Shown in pieces: positions 36,205 through 45,215 of a stretch of DNA of 64,000 nucleotides. The stretch's first letter is position 1. Each line of letters opens with the position of its first letter. A model generated the notes under the pieces. The model was not told the origin of the DNA. It saw only the letters and a program-made list of their open reading frames with translations, and ran no database searches. Origin of the DNA: Planctomycetota bacterium (GTDB lineage: Bacteria; Planctomycetota; UBA11346); NCBI GenBank assembly GCA_038231435.1, contig JBBRLJ010000005.1, positions 1 through 64,000 on the forward strand, in the 5' to 3' direction. Both the position numbers and the translations under genes were made by a program.

Positions 36205-38073
36205 TCAGTCAGCGGCGATGGCGTCGCCCGATGCGGCCGGCTTGGCGATCGGCAATCGGATGACGAAGGTGGTGGGCCCGCCATCGGGGGATGTGAAGGT
36301 GAGCGACCCGCCATGGCCCTTCACCACGATGTTCCGCGACAGGTACAGGCCCTGGCCGGTGCCCTTGCCCACCGGCTTGGTGGTGAAGAACGGTTCGTAG
36401 ACACGGCTCTGGATGGCCGCGGGGATGCCGGGGCCATCGTCGGCGATGCGGATCTCGATGCCGTCCTTCCCCCCGGAACCGAGCGACTCGGTCGAAACGC
36501 GGATGGTGCCGCGCCGCTTCATGCCGGAATCGCGGATCGCGTGCGCGGCGTTGACGACGATGTTCAAGAGCACCTGGTTGATCTCGCTCGCGCAGCAGCT
36601 GATCTTCGGCAAAAGGGGATCGAGCTCGAGCACCACATCGGCAACGTACTTGTATTCGCTGCGCGCGACGTTGACCGTGGACTGGATGCTGGCATTGATG
36701 TCGGCCCACATCCGGGTGCCGTGATCCTGGCGCGAGAAATCGCGCATCGCCGAGACGATCTTGCTGATCTGGTCCAGGCCCTCGATCGATTGCTCGAGGG
36801 CCTTCGGGATCTCCACCGCCAGGAACTCGGCGTCGGTCGAGACCACCAGCCCATCGATCCGTTCCAACAGCGCAGCGAATTCTCCTGTTTTTCCAGGCGC
36901 GGGCGCCGCGGCCGCAGCCGCGAGCTCGCGATAGGCGTGCAGGAGCTTGGCGATGCCCTGGAACGATTCCTGGAGGAAGCGGGCATTGTCGCCGATGTAC
37001 TGGGTCGGCGTGTTGATCTCGTGGGCGATGCCCGCGGCGAGCTGACCGACGGCCTCGAGCTTCTGGGAATTGACCAGATGGATCTCGATCAGCTTGCGCT
37101 TGGTCACATCACTGCCGTATACCAACACGTCGGCGCTCGGAGCCGGCATCGCCGCCGCCGATAGCATCAGGAAGGCGTGCTGCCGGCCCTCGCCGCCATC
37201 GATGCGGATCTCGCACTCGGCGGCCGAACCGGTGCCACGCGCATCGGCGGCGAGCGACAGCACCGTCGCGATCGGCCAGGCTATCGGCAACGAGGATAGT
37301 TGCCGGCCGAGGGCTTCCGCGCGCGGGAGGGCAAAGGTCGATTCTGCGATCGCATTCCAGTGCGTGATGACCCCGTCGGCGCCGACGCCGATCAGCACCA
37401 GGGGGACGGTGCGCAGCACCTCCTCGATGCGTTGGCGGACGGCGGCAAGCTCGCGGATGGTGGTCTGGTGGCGCGCAACCTCGTGGCCGAGCGAGGTGTT
37501 GGCCAGCTGGAGCTCGCGGGTGCGCTCTTCGACCAGGATGCCGAGTCCGGCGACATGCAGCTTGAGGGCCTGCGCCATCGCCCACTTCTCGGTGAGCGCG
37601 TGGGCCAGCTGCAGCACCTCAAGGATGTCGAAGGGTTTCTTGAGGATGAGCAGCCGATCGCTGTACCCCAGCTTAGCGGTGAGCTCCGACCACGAGTAGT
37701 CGGAGAACGCCGTGCACAGCACGATCTGCACGTCCGGATCCACCTCCCAGATCTTGGCGATGGTCTTGAGGCCATCCCACCCTGGGGGCATGCGCATGTC
37801 TACGAACGCCAGCGCGTACGGCTCGCCGCGCGCGAGCGCGGCCTCGATCTCTCTCGCGCCATCCTCGCCCTGGTAGGCGGACCGGAGGGTGAACACGAGG
37901 CGACCGGGCATGGCGTCAACTGCCGTGGGTGCGGTTCCGAACAGCGCCGCCTCGGCAGAGGCGAGCGCGTCGTCCACGGCCGGCGAAGCGCCAAGTATCT
38001 TGGCGAAATCGCCATGGATCTGGCGGTTGTCGTCGATGATCAGGATGCGCTGGTTCAGGCTGGTGACGGGCAT
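36205..38073 (-). CDS. Hybrid receiver-PAS-histidine kinase
   Basis: ILIIDD, DMRMPPGWDG, KPF; AHEINTP; FFTTKPVGKGTGQGL. Confidence 0.92.
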   Translation of the reverse strand: MPVTSLNQRILIIDDNRQIHGDFAKILGASPAVDDALASAEAALFGTAPTAVDAMPGRLVFTLRSAYQGEDGAREIEAALARGEPYALAFVDMRMPPGWDGLKTIAKIWEVDPDVQIVLCTAFSDYSWSELTAKLGYSDRLLILKKPFDILEVLQLAHALTEKWAMAQALKLHVAGLGILVEERTRELQLANTSLGHEVARHQTTIRELAAVRQRIEEVLRTVPLVLIGVGADGVITHWNAIAESTFALPRAEALGRQLSSLPIAWPIATVLSLAADARGTGSAAECEIRIDGGEGRQHAFLMLSAAAMPAPSADVLVYGSDVTKRKLIEIHLVNSQKLEAVGQLAAGIAHEINTPTQYIGDNARFLQESFQGIAKLLHAYRELAAAAAAPAPGKTGEFAALLERIDGLVVSTDAEFLAVEIPKALEQSIEGLDQISKIVSAMRDFSRQDHGTRMWADINASIQSTVNVARSEYKYVADVVLELDPLLPKISCCASEINQVLLNIVVNAAHAIRDSGMKRRGTIRVSTESLGSGGKDGIEIRIADDGPGIPAAIQSRVYEPFFTTKPVGKGTGQGLYLSRNIVVKGHGGSLTFTSPDGGPTTFVIRLPIAKPAASGDAIAAD

Positions 38074-38077
38074 GGGA

Positions 38078-39802
38078 TCAGACCGGGAGTTGGAGGGTGA
38101 AGGTGGCGCCCTTGCCCAAGCCAGGGCTTTCGGCGCGCAGCGAGCCGCGCATCTCCTGCGCCGCGAGCGCGCTGCTATGCAGGCCGAAGCCGTGTCCCTT
38201 CTCCCGGGTGGTGAAGCCGTGTGAGAAGATGCGCTGGAGATTCTCCGCGGCGATGCCGTCGCCATTGTCGCGTAGGCTGAACACCAGGCGATCTGGTCCG
38301 CCGCGGCGCACGGAGACCCACATCTTGCGCACTCCGGGCCGCTCGGCGTCGAGGGCATGCTTGGCGTTGCTGACCAGGTTGATGAGGATTTGGAGAGTGC
38401 GGTGCTTATCGAGGCTCATCTGGGGGAGATCCTCGTAGTCGCGATCGACGGAGACGCCATGGCGGCTGAAGGCCGCATTCTGCATGCGCAGGGCATCCTC
38501 CATCAGATCTTGGGGACGGACCAGCATGGTGAACCCCGAGCTGCGCGCGTAAGCCTGCTGCATGCTCACCACATCCTTGACGTGATCGACGTTCTTCACC
38601 AGAGACTGGAGCTCGGCGAGGATGTCGCTGCGTTCGTCCTCGAGCGCGCGCGCGAGCAGGCGCAGGTAGCCCAGTACCCGCTGGCGCTGCTCGTCGGTTG
38701 CCAAGAACGCCGGCAGCTGGTCGCCTTGGGATTCCAGCATCGCGACCGTCTTGGCGAGTCCGCTCGACTTCGAGCCGTTGACGCGGTCCGAGACCACGGT
38801 CGCGGAGATGTTGATGCTGTTGAGCACATTACCGACGTTGTGCAGGACTCCGGTTGCCACCTCGGCCTGGCCGGCTTGGCGCGAGGCCTCCAGCAATTGC
38901 TTGTGGGTCTCCCCGAGCTCGATCTCGGCGCGTTGGCGATCATGCACCTCGCGGGTCAGGTCCTGGTTGCGCAGCGACAATTCGAGCGTCCGCGACTTGA
39001 CTGATTCCTCGAGCGAGCCGTTGAGCGAGCGCAGATCGAGATCCCTTGCTCGCACGGCCAAGCGCATGGCGTCGAATGAGCTGGCGAGCGTTCCGATCTC
39101 GTCGCGATTGCGATCGGAGATCACCGTCTCGAACTCGCCGCGCGACAGCCTGTCGCTCGCGAGCACCAGGGCGCCGAGGCGGCGGGTCAGCTGCGCCGCC
39201 ACGTACACCGACATGCCGACGCTGAAGGAGGCGATGACCGCGAATGCTGCGAGCATCCAGCGCCTATGGCGCGCTGAAGTGGCGATGGTCGAAGTCAGCT
39301 CGGTGCGCAGATCGTCGGAGAGGGATTCCTGGAGCGCGGTGAACGCGGTCTTCAAGGCCCGGGTTTCGGCATAGAGGCTATTGGCGCGGTCGAGATCCGG
39401 TGCGGCGGCGGCGTCCTTGACCATCGGCGCATAGAGCTGGTCGGCCTCGGCAGCGAAAGCGCGATGCCTGTCACGCAGGGAGAGTGCCTGCGCCGCGCGA
39501 TCGCCCCGCAGCTCGAGCGCACCGATCGAACCCAGCAGCTGCGCGACGTCGGCGGCGAGCGTGCGCGCCACGGTCAGTTCGTAAGCCTCACCCTGGAGCA
39601 CCGCATCCTGGTAGGACTGGGCCTGATGGATGAAGGCGGCGTTGGCGCGTTGGCTGAGCAGCGACGCGGTGAAATCAGCGCCCCCGACCCGATCGAGGAG
39701 CTTCTCGGAGGACAATGACAGCCACCAGCCGATGGCGACGGTGAGGAAATACCCGATCAGCAGGATCGAGATGCTCAGCCACATTCTGGTCGCTATGCGC
39801 AT
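38078..39802 (-). CDS. Membrane sensor histidine kinase with HAMP domain
   Basis: Two TM; RDEIGTLASSFDAM; VLHNVGNVLN; GFTTREKGHGFGLH. Confidence 0.92.
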   Translation of the reverse strand: MRIATRMWLSISILLIGYFLTVAIGWWLSLSSEKLLDRVGGADFTASLLSQRANAAFIHQAQSYQDAVLQGEAYELTVARTLAADVAQLLGSIGALELRGDRAAQALSLRDRHRAFAAEADQLYAPMVKDAAAAPDLDRANSLYAETRALKTAFTALQESLSDDLRTELTSTIATSARHRRWMLAAFAVIASFSVGMSVYVAAQLTRRLGALVLASDRLSRGEFETVISDRNRDEIGTLASSFDAMRLAVRARDLDLRSLNGSLEESVKSRTLELSLRNQDLTREVHDRQRAEIELGETHKQLLEASRQAGQAEVATGVLHNVGNVLNSINISATVVSDRVNGSKSSGLAKTVAMLESQGDQLPAFLATDEQRQRVLGYLRLLARALEDERSDILAELQSLVKNVDHVKDVVSMQQAYARSSGFTMLVRPQDLMEDALRMQNAAFSRHGVSVDRDYEDLPQMSLDKHRTLQILINLVSNAKHALDAERPGVRKMWVSVRRGGPDRLVFSLRDNGDGIAAENLQRIFSHGFTTREKGHGFGLHSSALAAQEMRGSLRAESPGLGKGATFTLQLPV

Positions 39803-39912
39803 GGGTTCCTGACGAGAAGGCTCATGAGGAAGCATACGAGACGATCAGCGGGCGGTCATCAGTATTGCGCTAGGTGGGATCCTGGGGTAACCATCCCTAC
39901 GGAGCACACATC

Positions 39913-41124
39913 ATGGCGCGCGCCCATGGATTTTCCGCATTGCGGGGGCTCGTTGCCGCCGGATGCACCCTTGCCCCCTGCGTGCCAATCGCAGCCGAGA
40001 CCCTGCCCGTGGACATCCATGGCTTCGTGAGCCAGGGCTACCTGAAGAGCGACGAGAACAATTACCTCGGTCAGAGCCAACGCGGCAGCTTCGACTTCAA
40101 TGAAGCCGGAGTGAACGTCAGCAAGAACCTCTCTCCGCAGCTGCGCGTCGGCATGCAATTGTTCGCGCGCGACCTCGGCACTCTCGGCGGCGACCAGATC
40201 ACCCTCGACTGGGCCTATGGCGATTATCGCATCAGCGATTCGCTCGGGGTGCGGGTCGGACGCATCCGCGAGCCCGGCGGTTTCTACAATGAGACCCGCG
40301 ACATCGATCTCGCGCGCACCTCCATCCTGCTGCCGCAATCGGTCTATCCCGAGAACTACCGCGACGTGTTGTCGTCGTACAACGGCGGCTGCGTCTATGG
40401 CGACGTGCGCCTGGCCGGGCTCGGCTCGTTGGACTATCAACTGTTCGGGGGCGGCGAGAAGATCGGGTCCAACAGCAGCGTCGCGCAGGCGGTAACCGAC
40501 GCGGGAGCGTTGAGCGTCTCATCGGTCGACGTGAAGTACGTGATGGGTGCCGGCCTGGTCTGGACGACCCCGCTCCGGGGCCTGCGCCTGGGCGCCACCG
40601 TCACCAAGTTAGCGATCGATTATTCCGGACAGACCACGGCCATCCCGTTCTTCGCGCCGTCGCAGCCATTCCACATCACCCTCGACCAGCTCGAGCAGTT
40701 CATCGTTTCCGCGGAATACACGGTCGGTGATCTGATCGTCTCGGCCGAGGGCGAGCGCATCCATGTCAGGGGTACGACCGACATCCCGGGTCAACCGGAG
40801 ATCAGGTTCGATTCCGGAGGCTGGTACCTGAACGCCGATTACCGGCTCACGCACAAGCTCGGCATCGGTTGCTACTACTCAGAATACTACAGCGTCGCTC
40901 CGAACGGCGATTCCCACGATCCGAGCATGTACCAGCGCGATCTCGCCCTCACCTGTGCCTACGACATCACCGACAACTGGCTGGTGAAGGTCGAGGGCCA
41001 TTGGATCCGCGGCTACGCGGCACTGCTGCAGCAGGAGAACCTCGGGCCCGGCTTCCCCTTCGGCTCCAAGCAGGCGGAGACCGACTGGGTGCTGTTCGCG
41101 GCCAAGACCACGGTGAGTTTCTGA
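39913..41124 (+). CDS. Porin-like outer-membrane protein
   Basis: IHGFVSQGY..LDWAYGDY..C-terminal VSF. Confidence 0.75.
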   Translation: MARAHGFSALRGLVAAGCTLAPCVPIAAETLPVDIHGFVSQGYLKSDENNYLGQSQRGSFDFNEAGVNVSKNLSPQLRVGMQLFARDLGTLGGDQITLDWAYGDYRISDSLGVRVGRIREPGGFYNETRDIDLARTSILLPQSVYPENYRDVLSSYNGGCVYGDVRLAGLGSLDYQLFGGGEKIGSNSSVAQAVTDAGALSVSSVDVKYVMGAGLVWTTPLRGLRLGATVTKLAIDYSGQTTAIPFFAPSQPFHITLDQLEQFIVSAEYTVGDLIVSAEGERIHVRGTTDIPGQPEIRFDSGGWYLNADYRLTHKLGIGCYYSEYYSVAPNGDSHDPSMYQRDLALTCAYDITDNWLVKVEGHWIRGYAALLQQENLGPGFPFGSKQAETDWVLFAAKTTVSF

Positions 41125-41128
41125 TCAC

Positions 41129-41581
41129 ATGAACAGCATGAGAAGCATACCGATGCTGGTGCTCGCCTGCCTAGCCTGGCTGGGCTCCCAGGCCAACGCC
41201 GAGACGCTCATCATCGTGTCCGCGGACGCGACGGTCGCCAAGGCGAGCCGCGACGATCTGCACGACCTGTATCTGGGCAAGCGCTCGACGCTCGGCGGGT
41301 ACGCCGTCTCGGAACTGGTGGTGCGAGCGGATGGCGATGCCCACGACGCCTTCGTGAAGAACCACCTCGGCGTCACCGCCTCGCAATTCAAGACCTGCTG
41401 GAAGAAGATGGTCTTCACCGGGCAGGGAAGCTATCCGGTGAGCTGCGCCACCGATGCGGACGTCGTCGAACGGATCAAGAAGGACAAGAACGCGATCGGG
41501 TACATCGACGCGGCGAGTCCACACGAGGGCGTGAAGACCGTCGCCATCGGCGAACCCGACGGCGGCCAGCCCAAGCGCTGA
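41129..41581 (+). CDS. Small periplasmic binding protein (PstS-like fold)
   Basis: Signal peptide; LYLGK..WKKMVFTG..NAIGYID. Confidence 0.8.
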   Translation: MNSMRSIPMLVLACLAWLGSQANAETLIIVSADATVAKASRDDLHDLYLGKRSTLGGYAVSELVVRADGDAHDAFVKNHLGVTASQFKTCWKKMVFTGQGSYPVSCATDADVVERIKKDKNAIGYIDAASPHEGVKTVAIGEPDGGQPKR

Positions 41582-41827
41582 CCGCCGCCGTGTCTCCTCG
41601 CGCGGCTCCGCTCGGCTGAAGTCCGGTTCCCGCACCGCTTTCGGCCATCGCGCGCACGGCGTCAGCCGCAATGGATGTCCCTGGCCACACCGGGTACGAT
41701 GGTTTGGCTGCGGCATGTGGCTCATCGACCCATCCGCATGTTCGGAGAGAGGACGTGGTGGGCGTGGCCGAGCCACCTATCGTGGGAATGGAACAGCCGC
41801 GGGCCCGCCGGCCTGCCCGGAGGCAGC

Positions 41828-42952
41828 ATGCTGCATGACATGAATCCCACGAATCCCATGATGCGAATCATCCTGGCCATCACCCTGGCCACGGCTTGGG
41901 AAGGCTCGGGCGAGGCCGCCGATCAGGTCACCCTGCACCTCTCTTCGGGCCAGACCGTCACCGGCGAGTTGGTGAGCGAGGACGCGGACAAGGTGGTATT
42001 GAAGTCCACGCTCGCGACCAAGAGCGGCAAGGCGATGTCGATGAGCAAGGACTACCCGCGCAACGAGGTCCTCGAGATCGTGCATCTCGCCGATCCCGAG
42101 GAGACCTACAAGACTCGCGCCGCCGCCGCGAAGACCGCCGACGACCAGGCGGCGCTGGCCACCTGGTGCCGCGACCAGGGCATGACCGAGCGCGCGGTGG
42201 CTCACGCAAGGAAGGCGCTGGCCATCGATCCCAAGCACGATGACGCGACCAAGCTGTTGGGGGGACTCGGCTGGGTCGAGGCCGATGGTGCGTGGGTCCT
42301 GGAGTCGGAGTGGCTGGCGGGCCAGGGGAAGGTGCGCTACCAGGGCAAGATCATGACCAACGCCGAAGCCGACGCGCTCAAGGCGCAGCTGCAGGAGAAG
42401 GACGCGGTTAAAGGAGCGCAACAGGCGGTGGATGACAAGACGGCCGCGCTCGCCGCGCTCGATCGGCGGATCGCCGACCTGCCGAAGCGGCCTGCGGAGA
42501 TCGATGCCGAGATCGCCAAGGCCAAGACCGATCTCACCACCGCGCAGGGCGGCGCGCAGCGGATCGCGGGCGCGAAGGCCACGCTCGATGGCGCGGAGAA
42601 ACGGCTCAGCGACGCGCAGGCCTCGGCGCGCGCGCCAGGCACGAACGGGCAGCCCGGCACGGGCAATGCCCCGGCCCAGAACTTCGCGCCGCTGCAACAG
42701 GCGGTCGAGGACGCGCAGAAGGCCTACAACGCGGCAAAACGCGAGACGCAGTCGGGCGATCAGGACTCCACGCGATCCAAATCCCGCATCGCGGCTCTCA
42801 CCGAGGAGAAGAAGACTCTCGAGAAGAAGGGCGCGGACCTGAAGGCGCAGCGCGAGGCCTTGGCCAAGGACCTTGAGCAGGCGAAGGCCGCTCTCGAGGC
42901 GAAGAAGAAGGCGGCCGCGTCGTCACCCCCGCCCGCGCCGCCCGCGCCATAA
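41828..42952 (+). CDS. Secreted coiled-coil/TPR-like protein
   Basis: DQVTLHLSSGQTVTG; ALATWC..ALAIDPKH; long coiled coil. Confidence 0.65.
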   Translation: MLHDMNPTNPMMRIILAITLATAWEGSGEAADQVTLHLSSGQTVTGELVSEDADKVVLKSTLATKSGKAMSMSKDYPRNEVLEIVHLADPEETYKTRAAAAKTADDQAALATWCRDQGMTERAVAHARKALAIDPKHDDATKLLGGLGWVEADGAWVLESEWLAGQGKVRYQGKIMTNAEADALKAQLQEKDAVKGAQQAVDDKTAALAALDRRIADLPKRPAEIDAEIAKAKTDLTTAQGGAQRIAGAKATLDGAEKRLSDAQASARAPGTNGQPGTGNAPAQNFAPLQQAVEDAQKAYNAAKRETQSGDQDSTRSKSRIAALTEEKKTLEKKGADLKAQREALAKDLEQAKAALEAKKKAAASSPPPAPPAP

Positions 42953-43111
42953 GCGCGAAAAAACGTTTCCGGCTCCTCCACCGGGGCGCGCGGATTTCCG
43001 GGCATCTTATGCCTCGCGATCACGGAGTCCGCGCATCAACTGCGGTCATGCCGGCGGTCTTCTGTATGAGCACCGGCGCGGTGGCCCAGGCGCGCCCACG
43101 AGGCGACGGCG

Positions 43112-44944
43112 ATGGCTGATCGACACCGCCTGTCCCGCATCATCGCCTGGCGCCCCGTCGCCTTTCCGCTGCTGGCGAAGGAGCTGCAGGAGCTCTCGGC
43201 GCGGCGGCGCACCTACGTGCTGCGCTCCGTGTTCGCGCTGATCCTGCTCGGCTGCTTCCTGATCGCGTATTCTATCGCATGCCGAGGTGTCGACCCGATG
43301 CTGGGCATGCTCGGGCGCGGGCGGCCGCTGTTCGATCTGCTCTTCTGGACGTTGTCGATCGGCATCCTGCTGATCATGCCGGCCATCACCGGCGCAGTCA
43401 TCACCCAGGAAAAGGAGCAGGGATCACTGACCGCACTGCTGCTGACGCCCATGGGACCGTGGGAGATCCTGCTGCAGAAGTACGCGTCCGGCGTGTTCGC
43501 GATGTTCGGTGTCCTTTTGCTCGGCCTGCCGTTGTTCGCCACCTGCTACGCGTTCGGCGGTGTGGAGATCGAGCGCGTGTGGATCGCGGTCTATGTCCTA
43601 TCGCTCACCTGCCTGCAGGTCGGCGCGGTGAGCGTGATGGTCAGCGCCTGGTGCCGCAGCTCGACGGCGGCGATCTTCGCCAGCTATGTGCTGGTAGCCG
43701 CGCTGTACCTCGTCCAGCCGATCTATCTCGCCTGCGAGAGCAGCGGACCCTTGTCGAACATCTTCGGCGAGAACTTCCTCGGATATCATCGCTGGCGTGA
43801 GGGCGCGGTGCCGCCGATCCAGAGCCTGTGCCCGTTGATCTCCTACCGGTTGCCCGAATTGCAGAACCAGTGGTACAACTGGTACAGCGGCTCGATCCCG
43901 GCCTCGCCCGCCGATGCCGTGCGCCTGGTCCTGGTCAATAGCGGCTGTGCGGTGGCCAGCGTGGTGCTGATACTCCTCGCCGCTCGCATCGCGCTGGTGC
44001 GCCGCGCCGACGTGGTCGGCATGAACCAAGTACTGCGCGGCATGCTCGCGCTCGACCGCTGGTTCGTGCGCCTCGATGCGCGCATCGGCCGCAAGGCGCG
44101 CGCCGATCTGCCCACCGCTGATCCCGTCGCCTGGCGCGAGCTCAACCGCCGCTCGCTCGCCAACTGGCGCTACCTGTTCCGCATCTTCATCCCCATCGGC
44201 CTGGTGGTTCTGATATTGGGCACCATCGCCTGTGTCGGCTTCTACAGCCATCCAGGCAACATCGCGTGCATGTCGGCGGCGGTGCTGGGGATGTCTGCGC
44301 TTGCGCTGCTGGTACTGGGCACCGGACTGGTGGCATCGGAGCGCACCCAGCAGACCTTGGACGTCCTGCTCTCGACGCCGCTGTCGGCGCGCACGGTGCT
44401 GAACCAGAAGGCGAGGCCGCTCCGGCGCATCCACGCCGCCTGCGCGGTCGTCATGCTCATGCTGCTGTCGCTGCGGCTGCTATTCTTGCCGGCGGACATG
44501 CCGATCGCGATCGCCTACGTGCTGTTGACCGCGACCATGCTGCCAGCGGTGCTGTGGCTCGGCATTCTCGCCGGCATCGTCGCGCATCGCCGCGCGCGCG
44601 CGGTGACCCTGGCCCTGGCCCTGTGCGCGGCGTGGATGTTCGGCATCCCACTGATCACGCTCGCCGCCATGGTGGTGGTCCACGCGACGAACGTGGAGCC
44701 GCTCGCGATCGCCATGCACGTCAGTCCGCTGGGCTGCCTCGCCGCGATCGAGCCAGGCTCGGACATGCTAGATGTCGCAAGCGCGGCGATAGGCGACGAG
44801 AGCCAAAATGGTCAGCGGGTCGGGTTGTCCGTCTGGCACATGGCGGTGACGGTGGGATCGTGCATGGCGGTGTGGATCGGCGTTTCCGCCTACTGCCGGG
44901 CCCGCGCCGACCGGCATCTGCGCCGCGGTGGAAACCAGGCGTGA
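43112..44944 (+). CDS. ABC-2 type permease (duplicated)
   Basis: LLAKEL; ITQEKEQGSLTALLLTPM; ASERTQQTLDVLLSTPL. Confidence 0.85.
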   Translation: MADRHRLSRIIAWRPVAFPLLAKELQELSARRRTYVLRSVFALILLGCFLIAYSIACRGVDPMLGMLGRGRPLFDLLFWTLSIGILLIMPAITGAVITQEKEQGSLTALLLTPMGPWEILLQKYASGVFAMFGVLLLGLPLFATCYAFGGVEIERVWIAVYVLSLTCLQVGAVSVMVSAWCRSSTAAIFASYVLVAALYLVQPIYLACESSGPLSNIFGENFLGYHRWREGAVPPIQSLCPLISYRLPELQNQWYNWYSGSIPASPADAVRLVLVNSGCAVASVVLILLAARIALVRRADVVGMNQVLRGMLALDRWFVRLDARIGRKARADLPTADPVAWRELNRRSLANWRYLFRIFIPIGLVVLILGTIACVGFYSHPGNIACMSAAVLGMSALALLVLGTGLVASERTQQTLDVLLSTPLSARTVLNQKARPLRRIHAACAVVMLMLLSLRLLFLPADMPIAIAYVLLTATMLPAVLWLGILAGIVAHRRARAVTLALALCAAWMFGIPLITLAAMVVVHATNVEPLAIAMHVSPLGCLAAIEPGSDMLDVASAAIGDESQNGQRVGLSVWHMAVTVGSCMAVWIGVSAYCRARADRHLRRGGNQA

Positions 44945-45215
44945 TCGGTATCGTGGCCGGAAGCAGCTTGGATGGCGCGAGACTCGCGGTGCACCCATTC
45001 AGCGCGGCTCCAATGCGTGCGAAGATGTCTTTTAGGACAGACAAAATGTGATCTGAATCGTAAATAGCTCGCAGGTTGATCACGAAATGCCGTGATATTG
45101 AGATATCGGCTAGTGGATGTAGGGTGAGGACGTGATGCGATGCCGACGTCTGGTTGTCACCCATGCCGCGCCGGCTCGTTCACTCGCAGCCGGCGCAGCC
45201 CGGCAGGAGAACCCG

